A DNA stretch of 64,000 nt from a virus, in IMG/VR virus record IMGVR_UViG_3300035670_000022, positions 91,914-155,913 of that record, one strand, 5' to 3'. Positions 41,428-50,517 of the stretch are shown in pieces (position 1 is the first letter of the stretch; the number at the start of each line of letters is the position of its first letter). The position numbers and the translations under genes were made by a program. The notes under the pieces were generated by a model. It had not been told where the DNA came from. It did not search any database and worked only from the letters and a program-made list of their open reading frames with translations.

Positions 41428-43199
41428 TTAATTCTGTTTCTACTATTCATTTACCTTACCCCTCTGATGGACTGCGACAGGGGTTGAGCAATAGTGCTGC
41501 ATCCACGGCTCGGGATCAGTCTTTGGCTATGCTGCGGGGACAGACTAATCTGCTTAGAGTTGCTAACGATTTTTATGAATCGTATGCTCAGGCAAGAGAT
41601 AAGACAGTAATGCATTATCGTGACTATCTTATTGCTGAGGCCGCGTTGGCAGCTATGCGGTCTACTCTTTATACTTCTTTTGACTCTACTGAGTTAAATA
41701 CCAGAGCAGAGCGAGTATACGGCGATCGCACCTTTGACTCTTTATGGCCGTTGGTCGCTAGAGAGACCCTTTCGGATAACTCGGTGCTGTATAGCGGACC
41801 ACCGGGTAGTCCGGCCTTTTACTTTTTAAACGCAGACATTTCTGACGATCCGTTTACTTCTTTAGACCGTTTAGTCGAACTGGTTTGGAATCTTCACGGC
41901 TCTAGTCCAGCGGAAAACCCTAGTGATAGGCTTATAGGACTTCAGGGTTATTTAGGTGATCTAGATGGCATGTCTCGTAAACTTATTAGTGCTGTCGATT
42001 CTGCTTATACCCAGAGAGACGACTCTTTAGCCCAGAGAAATCTGCGTCAGCATTTTATAACGCCTAATGACTTTGAGGGTGTAGCGACGTCTTTACTTTA
42101 CGGTAGCTGGGATGATAAGCAGATGGCTCTAGCTGCTGCTTTATTAAACGATAGAGATCGACAGGATTTAGCCACTACTATGCGCTACTCAGACAGCATA
42201 GGTAAGGGGGCTGGATATAACTTACTTTTGCAGAACCTTGTAGTTGAGGGTTATCTCGAAGCAGCTAGACTTCTAAACGAAGACGCTTCTGTTGCTCAGC
42301 AGTCGTTGCCCCGCTTTTTAGAGACGGATTCAGGGGCAGCGGATCTTAAACTTCAGGTCTCTTCTGCTTTAGATATGATATCTACTGCTTATGCGCTGCA
42401 GGATATGTCTTCCTTGTTTTCAGATACTATCGTGGCGTTTTCCAGGGCCCGCAATGCTGCCTTGAGTTGGTTAGGTAGCGCAGGCGTGGAAGAACTTCCG
42501 CAAAGTAATTCTATGGATCTCAGACCGGTGGCTCGTTCTCTATTTGGTGAAGAGGATCAATTATTTTCACCGCTGTCTATTTACGACTCTGTGTTGGCAG
42601 ATGGCACACCCTACGCACAAGTGCAGGGACGAATGGCTAATGGACTAGACACGTTTCTGCAATTTCCCGAATCTTATAGAAGAGATACGTTGCCAGAAGA
42701 ATCCGGACTTACTCTTGCTCGTATAGTCAGCGAAGAAGATTTAGCTAATGACTCCCAAAGTACTGATTTCTCTAACATTGAGGCCTATGTATATCATTTA
42801 GGAGATGAAACTCAACTTACGTTTGATCAGTATTCTGCTTTGGATGCCTCTAGCAACGTTGCTCTTGTTCAGAGTGGGATGCCGGCCGTGGACCTAAGTT
42901 ATTTCATCAATAACTTACTAGATGCACAAACACTTAACTATGAAGTTTTAAACACACTTCAGAATGCTCCTAGACCTCGAGGACTATTAGGTTATGAAGA
43001 GATGATACGAGGTATGGTATCTCATCTGTTTAGGGATGCTCCGTCAGATGAAGCAATAAATAGTGTGAAGGTAGACGGCTCTAGAGAGGAACACACCTCC
43101 CGTGTAGCAGGGCTTTTGTCTCAGCTAAAGGCTGTTCATCTTAACAGTGAGATTCCTACCCTATCTGAATGGGCCACCTTTATTGAGGACGTTATTTAA
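41424..43199 (+). CDS. Hypothetical helical virion protein
   Basis: 591-aa ORF in the baseplate cluster. Confidence 0.55.
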   Translation: MINSVSTIHLPYPSDGLRQGLSNSAASTARDQSLAMLRGQTNLLRVANDFYESYAQARDKTVMHYRDYLIAEAALAAMRSTLYTSFDSTELNTRAERVYGDRTFDSLWPLVARETLSDNSVLYSGPPGSPAFYFLNADISDDPFTSLDRLVELVWNLHGSSPAENPSDRLIGLQGYLGDLDGMSRKLISAVDSAYTQRDDSLAQRNLRQHFITPNDFEGVATSLLYGSWDDKQMALAAALLNDRDRQDLATTMRYSDSIGKGAGYNLLLQNLVVEGYLEAARLLNEDASVAQQSLPRFLETDSGAADLKLQVSSALDMISTAYALQDMSSLFSDTIVAFSRARNAALSWLGSAGVEELPQSNSMDLRPVARSLFGEEDQLFSPLSIYDSVLADGTPYAQVQGRMANGLDTFLQFPESYRRDTLPEESGLTLARIVSEEDLANDSQSTDFSNIEAYVYHLGDETQLTFDQYSALDASSNVALVQSGMPAVDLSYFINNLLDAQTLNYEVLNTLQNAPRPRGLLGYEEMIRGMVSHLFRDAPSDEAINSVKVDGSREEHTSRVAGLLSQLKAVHLNSEIPTLSEWATFIEDVI

Positions 43200-43213
43200 C
43201 GCGTATTTATCCT

Positions 43214-44833
43214 ATGGAAGAAGAAACATTTGACTTTTCTGACCCAGTATTTGCCCCCGCGAATATACTCGATACTACTACAGAGCCGGAGGAGATTCCC
43301 GATAGTGCTGATGTTGTTCAAGGCATGCTCGAGCACGGAGAGGTGTATGGCTCTGATGTTTTAGACTATTATGACGCCAGTGACTCTGATGTGAGTCGAA
43401 ATGTCTTGGATGCTACTACGCCTGTTAATGATTATGTCGATTCTCAAAAGGCTGCTTACAGCACGTTAATTTCATCAGAGACGACACTCTTAGATAATCA
43501 TGGCTCTGGTAATAAAGTAAATCGAACCACGGCTAGGGAGAATAACGAGGCTAAGTCGTTTCGTTATACATCTGGTACTGTCTTTGATGTCTACTCGCCG
43601 TCTATAACTTTTAACTCTACCAACAGTGTTTTTCAAACGAAGACGACGAATACTCAAACCTTTCACAATCAGTTTAGTTCTGTCCATAACTGGATTCGTG
43701 CTCAAAACGCTAACGTTTTAGAGACATCTAATAATTATCGTTACGCGACAAACCGCGATTTTTTAGCGACTACCAATCACTTTCACGAAAGTTCATGGAA
43801 CCACAGCTATTCTGATTCTCACCGTCTTCAGGTGGGGCAGGAGATGTATAAGAACGTTTCAGATAACTCTGTTGTCAATAAAGATACCTATGGCAATTTA
43901 TACACTGGTGTTTGGGAAAACGCTATTTTGAATACCAAGAGAGGCGTCATGAGTGCCTCTGCTGCTACGGGGATTGTTGTTAATAGTGAGTCTGCAATTT
44001 CAATGCGCGCAAAGGAGGGTGTCTCAATTCGCAGTGATCACGCTTTAGATATGCGTGCTTATGATGAGATGACTATAGGATCTTCTGGATCTTTGAAGAT
44101 GTCGTCTTCTTCTACGATGGTGCTTAATAGCGGCGCTTTTATGCACGTACAGTCTCCTATGGTTTACGTCGGCACTGGTGGAGCGATTCGTCCTTCTGTG
44201 TCTTTGGACGCTAAAGCTGAGGAGTATGGCGCATTTTCAGAGTCGTATTTAGATCCATCTTTTGAGATTACTACTTTGGGAGCTGTTGCTGGTTTAGTTG
44301 CGGGTGGCGGGGTCAAAACTCCTGTTATGTCTCTTGCTTCTTCTGCCCCTCGATCACTTATTCCCACTCATGTTGAAGATAAGGTATGGAGTCGTGCTGG
44401 TATTGATTCTCAATTTAAACCAGCATTAGGGTCAATGTTGAGAGATACAACCTCTTTTCTTTCTGCTACGGGTGCCTTTAAAAACTATGAGCAGTTGAGC
44501 TCTAAATTGCCTGTGCTTAAGGAGGCTTTAACGGGCGTAGCTCGTAAAGCAGTTTTGTACCTAACACGATTTCTAGCCTTTTTAGAGGATCCTGTGAATA
44601 ACTTCTTGTATAGAAAGTACCCAGTTATCAAGAACATTCAAGGCTATCGTAGCAGTGGCACTCCCAGTTCTGTGCCAATGCTGTCTACAGCCTTTACGAC
44701 AGAGATTGGCTCTCCTACTCTTCCTTTACAATATGAACAACAGACTGAAGGCACTGAGTCTGAAGGCACTGGGTCTGAAGGCACTGAGTCTGAAGGCACT
44801 GAGTCTGAAGGCACTGGGGCCCAAGATGTATAA
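43214..44833 (+). CDS. Spike beta-helix-like protein (gp5/VgrG C-terminal type)
   Basis: 8-residue periodic strands MSASAATG/IVVNSESA/ISMRAKEG/VSIRSDHA/LDMRAYDE/MTIGSSGS/LKMSSSST/MVLNSGAF/MHVQSPMVYVG. Confidence 0.6.
   Translation: MEEETFDFSDPVFAPANILDTTTEPEEIPDSADVVQGMLEHGEVYGSDVLDYYDASDSDVSRNVLDATTPVNDYVDSQKAAYSTLISSETTLLDNHGSGNKVNRTTARENNEAKSFRYTSGTVFDVYSPSITFNSTNSVFQTKTTNTQTFHNQFSSVHNWIRAQNANVLETSNNYRYATNRDFLATTNHFHESSWNHSYSDSHRLQVGQEMYKNVSDNSVVNKDTYGNLYTGVWENAILNTKRGVMSASAATGIVVNSESAISMRAKEGVSIRSDHALDMRAYDEMTIGSSGSLKMSSSSTMVLNSGAFMHVQSPMVYVGTGGAIRPSVSLDAKAEEYGAFSESYLDPSFEITTLGAVAGLVAGGGVKTPVMSLASSAPRSLIPTHVEDKVWSRAGIDSQFKPALGSMLRDTTSFLSATGAFKNYEQLSSKLPVLKEALTGVARKAVLYLTRFLAFLEDPVNNFLYRKYPVIKNIQGYRSSGTPSSVPMLSTAFTTEIGSPTLPLQYEQQTEGTESEGTGSEGTESEGTESEGTGAQDV
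44745..44819. repeat. 15-bp tandem repeat x5 encoding EGT(E/G)S
   Basis: CTGAAGGCACTG(A/G)G(T/G) units. Confidence 0.95.
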
Positions 44834-44867
44834 CACCAAGATGTAGATTCTTCAGTTGGAGTAAAGC

Positions 44868-45461
44868 ATGATCATACCTGTAAGTCAGCAGTCGGTAACT
44901 AAGTCTTCTATTCCTGCTTACGCTGTGGTTCAGCGATATGCTCGATACGCAGTCGTTTCGCCAGATACCAACACGTCTTTTCTTGTGGGAGAGCGAGTAT
45001 ATGCAGACGACAAGCAGTATGGGGTTGTTACTTCAATTACGTCTACAGAGGTAACAATTAAGTTTAAGGAACTTTGTGAAGCGGAGTTTATCTATAAAGA
45101 CACTTCGCTGCTTTATCAGGAGCCTATACCATACAAGGTCTTTGGTGACGTAGCTAACGTCGGGTCTATGAAAGTATTTTGCAAAGGCACTAAGACAAAG
45201 CAGCCAGGTCTTGTTGGTTGGGATTTGTACTTTAACAAGACGCTTTTGATCCAAGGTTGTGATATACAGCTCAAGGATGTTTGTTATGTGAGCGAGAGTG
45301 GCGCTTGGTCTTCTGGACTTTATACCGTTCGGGTGACTTCTTACTTAGACCCGTTGCAGCCTTTAAGACGGGGCGTTAGAAATATTGTTTTGACTAACTC
45401 TGCTTCCTATTTTGAAGCAGGCGGGCGGTCAGATAAACTTGGACCTTTATATCTAAGCTGA
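44868..45461 (+). CDS. Hypothetical baseplate-region protein
   Basis: 197-aa ORF, GGAG RBS. Confidence 0.55.
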   Translation: MIIPVSQQSVTKSSIPAYAVVQRYARYAVVSPDTNTSFLVGERVYADDKQYGVVTSITSTEVTIKFKELCEAEFIYKDTSLLYQEPIPYKVFGDVANVGSMKVFCKGTKTKQPGLVGWDLYFNKTLLIQGCDIQLKDVCYVSESGAWSSGLYTVRVTSYLDPLQPLRRGVRNIVLTNSASYFEAGGRSDKLGPLYLS

Positions 45462-45463
45462 TT

Positions 45464-45910
45464 ATGTTTTCTTTTTACGACAAGATAGGTACTGACTTTA
45501 TTCTCACGGAAGACGGAGATCTTTCCTTAGACGTGGAGGGGCAGATTGTTCTTACCCACGGCACGGAGACGATCTCGAATGCCTTGGTTCGCAGATTGGC
45601 AACAGATTATTCTGGTTACGCCAGATATTTGTGGTTAGGTGGAGAATTTCTAGAGTTGAATCTGACGTACGGCAGCGATCTTAACGTCTTATTATCTTCT
45701 CCCGCTAGCGACGTCATGCAACAAGACGTTCAAAACACCATAGACAGAGCGGCTAAACTGGAAAATAGAGTCTTAATTGACCGAGTTGAACTTGAGTCCA
45801 CGCCATACAGTAATCAGGTTGCTGCTCGATTAGTCTATCGAGTCAGACCAGAATTTTTGGGAGTCAGTTCAGACGGTTTTCAAGAGGTTCTGCTTCCCCT
45901 TACTGTGTAG
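45464..45910 (+). CDS. Baseplate wedge / sheath initiator (gp25/gp46-like)
   Basis: DGDL...RRLAT...YGSDL...ENRV pattern; precedes baseplate J. Confidence 0.75.
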   Translation: MFSFYDKIGTDFILTEDGDLSLDVEGQIVLTHGTETISNALVRRLATDYSGYARYLWLGGEFLELNLTYGSDLNVLLSSPASDVMQQDVQNTIDRAAKLENRVLIDRVELESTPYSNQVAARLVYRVRPEFLGVSSDGFQEVLLPLTV

Positions 45911-45916
45911 ACCCGA

Positions 45917-46993
45917 ATGGTAGAAACTCGAACCACCGATGAACTTCAACAAGAGTATCTTGAGGCCCTCTCCCGTTCTGGAAGCGGTCTTGTTATAGAT
46001 CGAGTTGAAGGATCTTTAGCTTATACGCTCAGCCGCGCTTCTGCTGCTCTAGCGGCTAGACAAGACTTTCAGCTTCAAGAGGTGGAAGATAACTTCAGTC
46101 TGCTAAAGGCGGCAGGAACCAGTCTAGATCAATTAGGCTCTCCTTATTTACCTCGTATCAGACAAACTAAGGCGAGCGGTTGGGCACTCGCTAGGGTTAA
46201 TGCGACGGTGTCTTCTGTTATTCCCGCTAAAACTCTCTTAATAGATATGATGACGGGTAATCAGTATGAAACGGCTGCAGAAGTCACAGCTTTACCCTTC
46301 GTGGAAGTCCCTGTAGCTATATCTGCTTTAGACTATGGAGCTTCCTCTAATATTGCTGCTGGTTCTGCCTTGTACGCCCCCAACATGCTTGACTCGACAT
46401 TTATCGTTGGATATCGAAGGTACAACGGAGACTATCAGGGAGACATCATCAACGGCTTAGACTCTGAGACGGATGTCGATTATAGAGAAAGACTTCTTAA
46501 CTATTTTTCTAGTCCTCCTAGCGGCACAACATCTCATCTACGGGCTGTCTTGTTAGAAAACCCTTTGGTGAGTAACGTCTTTATTCGAACTCCGACACCT
46601 GGGTTTGTTGAGGTGTGGGTCAATCCGGTGTCGGAGTTATCTGAGAGTGCCATTAACAGTATCTATACTTATCTAGAACCTTATCTGGTGACAGGCACGG
46701 TTTTAGTTCTTAATCAAACGAAGCGAGTCATTGTCGACTTGTCCTTTACTGTTACACCTTATCAGGCGTCTCGTTCTGACTTAACTGCTCTTTCGAATCA
46801 GATTCGCTCATTTGTAATCGAACATTTTGCAGGCCTCTCCTTGGAGCAACCTATCGGATTGTCTTCACTCCGTAATAAGCTGCGCCCATTAGCACGTTAC
46901 GTCCGGATCTTGACCCCTAAACAAGAGTACACACCTCTGACTGGGGAGCTTGTCTATCCCGGAAAGATAGAGGTCAGCTACCCAATTAACTAG
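45917..46993 (+). CDS. Baseplate J-like protein
   Basis: AAGTSLDQLG, GASSNIAAG, NGLDSETDVDYRERL, SGT, PGFVEVWV. Confidence 0.9.
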   Translation: MVETRTTDELQQEYLEALSRSGSGLVIDRVEGSLAYTLSRASAALAARQDFQLQEVEDNFSLLKAAGTSLDQLGSPYLPRIRQTKASGWALARVNATVSSVIPAKTLLIDMMTGNQYETAAEVTALPFVEVPVAISALDYGASSNIAAGSALYAPNMLDSTFIVGYRRYNGDYQGDIINGLDSETDVDYRERLLNYFSSPPSGTTSHLRAVLLENPLVSNVFIRTPTPGFVEVWVNPVSELSESAINSIYTYLEPYLVTGTVLVLNQTKRVIVDLSFTVTPYQASRSDLTALSNQIRSFVIEHFAGLSLEQPIGLSSLRNKLRPLARYVRILTPKQEYTPLTGELVYPGKIEVSYPIN

Positions 46994-47000
46994 ATTAACT

Positions 47001-49646
47001 ATGTTGCCTGAGTCTACCCAACCACTTTTTAGCCACACGAGTTTAACACCTGATGGGTATTCTTCTGAGGCAACTGTCTTAGTTGACCCTCACAGTCTGT
47101 TTAATAGTGAATTTTCTAGACCAGTTTCCTTTGTCGTTCCGACCAATGCTACGGCTGTGCAGTTGGATCAGCGGAGTTTTTATGCTCCGATCAGTGCATC
47201 TTCAAGGGTCGCTTGCTGGTCTAAAGCGAGTGTCCAGGCTCGTATTCCTATTGTTTTATCCAGAGTAATTAGTACCTGTAACGGGCATAATTATCAGTAT
47301 CGTTACTTAGAGTATTACGAGACTTCAGACACCCCTGTTTATCTAGACGTTAATCGAGAGACAGAGGAGACTGATATCTGCGTCACTAACTCACATAAAG
47401 CGGTTACGGAGATATACTTTAAACTTCCTTTTACTACAGAGACTCGGCTGAGCGACGAGCGCATCTATCTTACGGTTAGAAACACTATTGATACCAAGTC
47501 GGCTGCTTCTGTTTATTTTGACCCTTTGCCCATTGAGTTAGATGACGAGCCGTATACACCGGGAGAGGGAAACTTTGAGAGTTATGATTTGAATTCGAAC
47601 TTAGGCATACTTGATTGGTCTACTTTGCAACAGAGCATTCGATATTCTGAGGCTGTGGTTGCTGGATCTAAAGACGGATGGTTACCTTCTTTTGTTCTTG
47701 GGCAGAGTATGGTTTACTCTGGTCCGTTTAGCGTTGCTTTAGGGCTGCAGGCTGCTATAGGTTGGAAGGATGTTCCTAACATTATTCTTATACTCAGGGA
47801 GCTGGTAAAACAGATTGTTGACTCTGGTTGGGTGCAGCTTGATGAGTCAGGCTCTTTAGCTCTTAGCGATTTATTACCTTCAGAGTTTGGCTTTCCTGTA
47901 CTCTTCTCTGTTTTTTCTATAGGCTTGTCAGAGGGGCCCAAAGAAGTCAGCAGCAATGCACTGCTTGGCATCTCTGTCTGTAAAGCCTTAGAGTTTCTGC
48001 AAGATCACTCTGTTTATGAAACTTACTCTTTAGGGGGTCTCTATTACGACTTCAAAGATATTTTGAGAGTTATGTTGAGAGGACTATGCCGCTTCTGTGC
48101 AGAAGCGGTTACTCCAGCTGGAGACGTAGTGTCGTTTAAAGCGGAACTAGGAACCTACACTTACAGCTCTCCCTCTTATGCAGCTACTTTTCTGGTAGAC
48201 ATCTTTTTGTCTAATGCGCTGCGCTTTGTATACACTCCTGAGATCGAGTGGCGTTTGGCTAGATTGCATGCCGCGACTCGAGATTTACCAGCAGAAATTG
48301 ACGATCCGCTTTTCTATAGATACGTAGGTAGTCCTCGAGATTTTAGAGACTCTTTTGAGCATCCTATTTGGATTAGGGAAGCAGACCTGGGACTTTCTCA
48401 GCACAGTTATCTCTACTTTAGAAAGTTAGATGCTTACGCCAGATCACTCTGGGCTGTTTATTATCAAGAGTATCGAGTGTTTACGGCATCTTGTCTTGCT
48501 TACGAGCGGTCTAGAACAGAACTTTTAGTGTCTGTAGAAGACCAGCTAGATCTCAGTGATTATCTATTTTTTAATCTCTATCTATACTTCACTCGTATAA
48601 ATCCTTTTACTATTCAGCCGATTGATGCGTTATATCAAAGCATAGGTGTAGATTCTTATTCGGCAGCAGAGAATGAGGTGTTACCAACCTGGACATCTAC
48701 TCTTCACGCCTTTCCTGCTGACAGAGATTGGGTTAGGGACACTGCACCTGCCAACGCATCTAAGGTATACGTGGCTCTTCTGAATCAAGTCTCCTCTTTT
48801 ATCTTGCCTGAGTTTGGATTTAAGCCTGACAGCTCCTATGCTTTAGCAAAAGAGTCTTACGCTCTAGGCGAATTAAGAAAGATGATGCCTTTCGGCACTC
48901 ACTGGTTTACTAACGAGAAGGTCAATAACGTATCGAGCAACATTGGCTCAATGCTATACGCAGAATCGGCGATGACCTTTAATCGTGCTTTGATGCAATT
49001 ACGCCTACAGGAGTCTCGAGTACCTGTTTATGCGGTGGGAGATTATCTAAAACAGTGGTTTAATGCCTCACTACGCATTGAGCCTGGCATACACAGTGAT
49101 GGTTATTTGCAGCGTTGTCTGGCTGCTTATATTTCTGTTAGCAATGCTAAGGACAAAGAAGTCGTATCTACATTGGCAAAAGAGGTCTTCAATTTACCGG
49201 TAACAGTTAGTTCTGCTTCTCCTCCTCCTTTCTTTGTGTATAAGTTACCTCTTACAGATAATGAGACATCTGCTTCTTTTGAAGAGACGCCAGTGGAGTA
49301 TCGCGGTTATCTCAGCTACCACGAGTATCAATCTTGCATGTACAAGCGGTTCAAGGGTGAATGGGTAGCAAGATGTGTTCCTGGATTTCCAGTTAAGGCA
49401 GTCCCTCCGGATTATTGTCCGGTCTCTGTATCTACTTATCGGAATCTTACGTCTACTCAGCAGCGACATATGGTTGCTGTAAGAGATGGCGGCATCTACG
49501 TCTTGCCTATTTTGCAATACTTTTTTAGCCTTCGAATTAATCTTTCAACATCTTCTCCTAAGTCGATGTATCGAGTCATTAAAGCTGCGTTGCCTGTAGG
49601 CGTTAAATTATTTATAGACACAGAGTTCACATCTGTAGGAGATTAA
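47001..49646 (+). CDS. Large baseplate wedge protein (C-terminal Mu gp48/P2 gpI-like region)
   Basis: LRKMMPFGTHWF...AVGDYLKQWF...SDGYLQR and terminal KAALPVGV; follows baseplate J; long N-terminal extension. Confidence 0.6.
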   Translation: MLPESTQPLFSHTSLTPDGYSSEATVLVDPHSLFNSEFSRPVSFVVPTNATAVQLDQRSFYAPISASSRVACWSKASVQARIPIVLSRVISTCNGHNYQYRYLEYYETSDTPVYLDVNRETEETDICVTNSHKAVTEIYFKLPFTTETRLSDERIYLTVRNTIDTKSAASVYFDPLPIELDDEPYTPGEGNFESYDLNSNLGILDWSTLQQSIRYSEAVVAGSKDGWLPSFVLGQSMVYSGPFSVALGLQAAIGWKDVPNIILILRELVKQIVDSGWVQLDESGSLALSDLLPSEFGFPVLFSVFSIGLSEGPKEVSSNALLGISVCKALEFLQDHSVYETYSLGGLYYDFKDILRVMLRGLCRFCAEAVTPAGDVVSFKAELGTYTYSSPSYAATFLVDIFLSNALRFVYTPEIEWRLARLHAATRDLPAEIDDPLFYRYVGSPRDFRDSFEHPIWIREADLGLSQHSYLYFRKLDAYARSLWAVYYQEYRVFTASCLAYERSRTELLVSVEDQLDLSDYLFFNLYLYFTRINPFTIQPIDALYQSIGVDSYSAAENEVLPTWTSTLHAFPADRDWVRDTAPANASKVYVALLNQVSSFILPEFGFKPDSSYALAKESYALGELRKMMPFGTHWFTNEKVNNVSSNIGSMLYAESAMTFNRALMQLRLQESRVPVYAVGDYLKQWFNASLRIEPGIHSDGYLQRCLAAYISVSNAKDKEVVSTLAKEVFNLPVTVSSASPPPFFVYKLPLTDNETSASFEETPVEYRGYLSYHEYQSCMYKRFKGEWVARCVPGFPVKAVPPDYCPVSVSTYRNLTSTQQRHMVAVRDGGIYVLPILQYFFSLRINLSTSSPKSMYRVIKAALPVGVKLFIDTEFTSVGD

Positions 49647-49647
49647 A

Positions 49648-50517
49648 TTGAGCAATCTTAATCCGGTTACGCCCCAGGCTAGTGTCTCTTTAGATATTTA
49701 TGACAGAATATCTGACGACACATCTTCTGCTTTTTTGAAGTACAACGTACACCAACACAACTCCGTTGTCCTACCTTCCTTTACGGCTTATGACATAGAG
49801 ATCGGTGACTCTATCTATCTATACAATAATCAAGGCATTGATGTTTTCCCATTGGATCAACCTGCTGAAGTCGTTAATATTACCGAGCAGCAAATATTGT
49901 TATCTCAACCTAATCAGCTAGAGGCTGTAGATAACGCTGTCCTCTATTATCGTGCACCTTTAGGAGACTTAAACTCAAAGAGTATGGCGGGGGTGTCTAT
50001 TGATTACCTGTCTGACCGTCTCTACTTTAGTTCGACGGCTTCTTACTATGATTTTAATCAGCAGGCTCGTGTGGGGCGTTCAGGTTTTATTGATCAACTA
50101 CAAGCGGCTGCTTTTCAAAATGACATTATCAGCAGTAACTTGACGATTGCAGAATCGGGTCCTAAAGTGCTCCTGCCGTTTGTTGGACAGCAGGCGTGGC
50201 TGATAGGTGTCTCCATATATACTTACGACTTTGTCGGCACTGTTGCCTTTGTTGGTTACTTTCCAGAAGACCCTAATCATGCTCAAGGAGACTTCTCTAC
50301 TTGGAAGCCACTCACTCCTCTTTTAGGATTAGCTAGTTTTACTAGATACTATCAAACTTGTTTAGAGACGATTCTTTCCGACGATGCTACTTATCTATCT
50401 GCGTCAGTACCCCAAAGACCCTTGAAGCCGTTGGATATGCTTGGCGTAAGGATCTTATCTGTAGCCACTCCGGGAGATATACAGATTGCTCTGCACTTTA
50501 AGAAGGTATTGAACTAA
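49648..50517 (+). CDS. Hypothetical virion protein
   Basis: 289-aa beta-rich ORF, TTG start 1 nt after the previous stop. Confidence 0.5.
   Translation: MSNLNPVTPQASVSLDIYDRISDDTSSAFLKYNVHQHNSVVLPSFTAYDIEIGDSIYLYNNQGIDVFPLDQPAEVVNITEQQILLSQPNQLEAVDNAVLYYRAPLGDLNSKSMAGVSIDYLSDRLYFSSTASYYDFNQQARVGRSGFIDQLQAAAFQNDIISSNLTIAESGPKVLLPFVGQQAWLIGVSIYTYDFVGTVAFVGYFPEDPNHAQGDFSTWKPLTPLLGLASFTRYYQTCLETILSDDATYLSASVPQRPLKPLDMLGVRILSVATPGDIQIALHFKKVLN

Noticed and set aside
44745-44819. 15-bp (and 24-bp at 38735) repeats as regulatory or DGR elements
   Set aside because: In-frame coding repeats producing low-complexity linkers; no reverse transcriptase or template/variable repeat pair seen.
32308-49646. 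Bacterial T6SS, extracellular contractile injection system or tailocin
   Set aside because: Portal, protease, major capsid and terminase are present, so this is a complete phage virion module.
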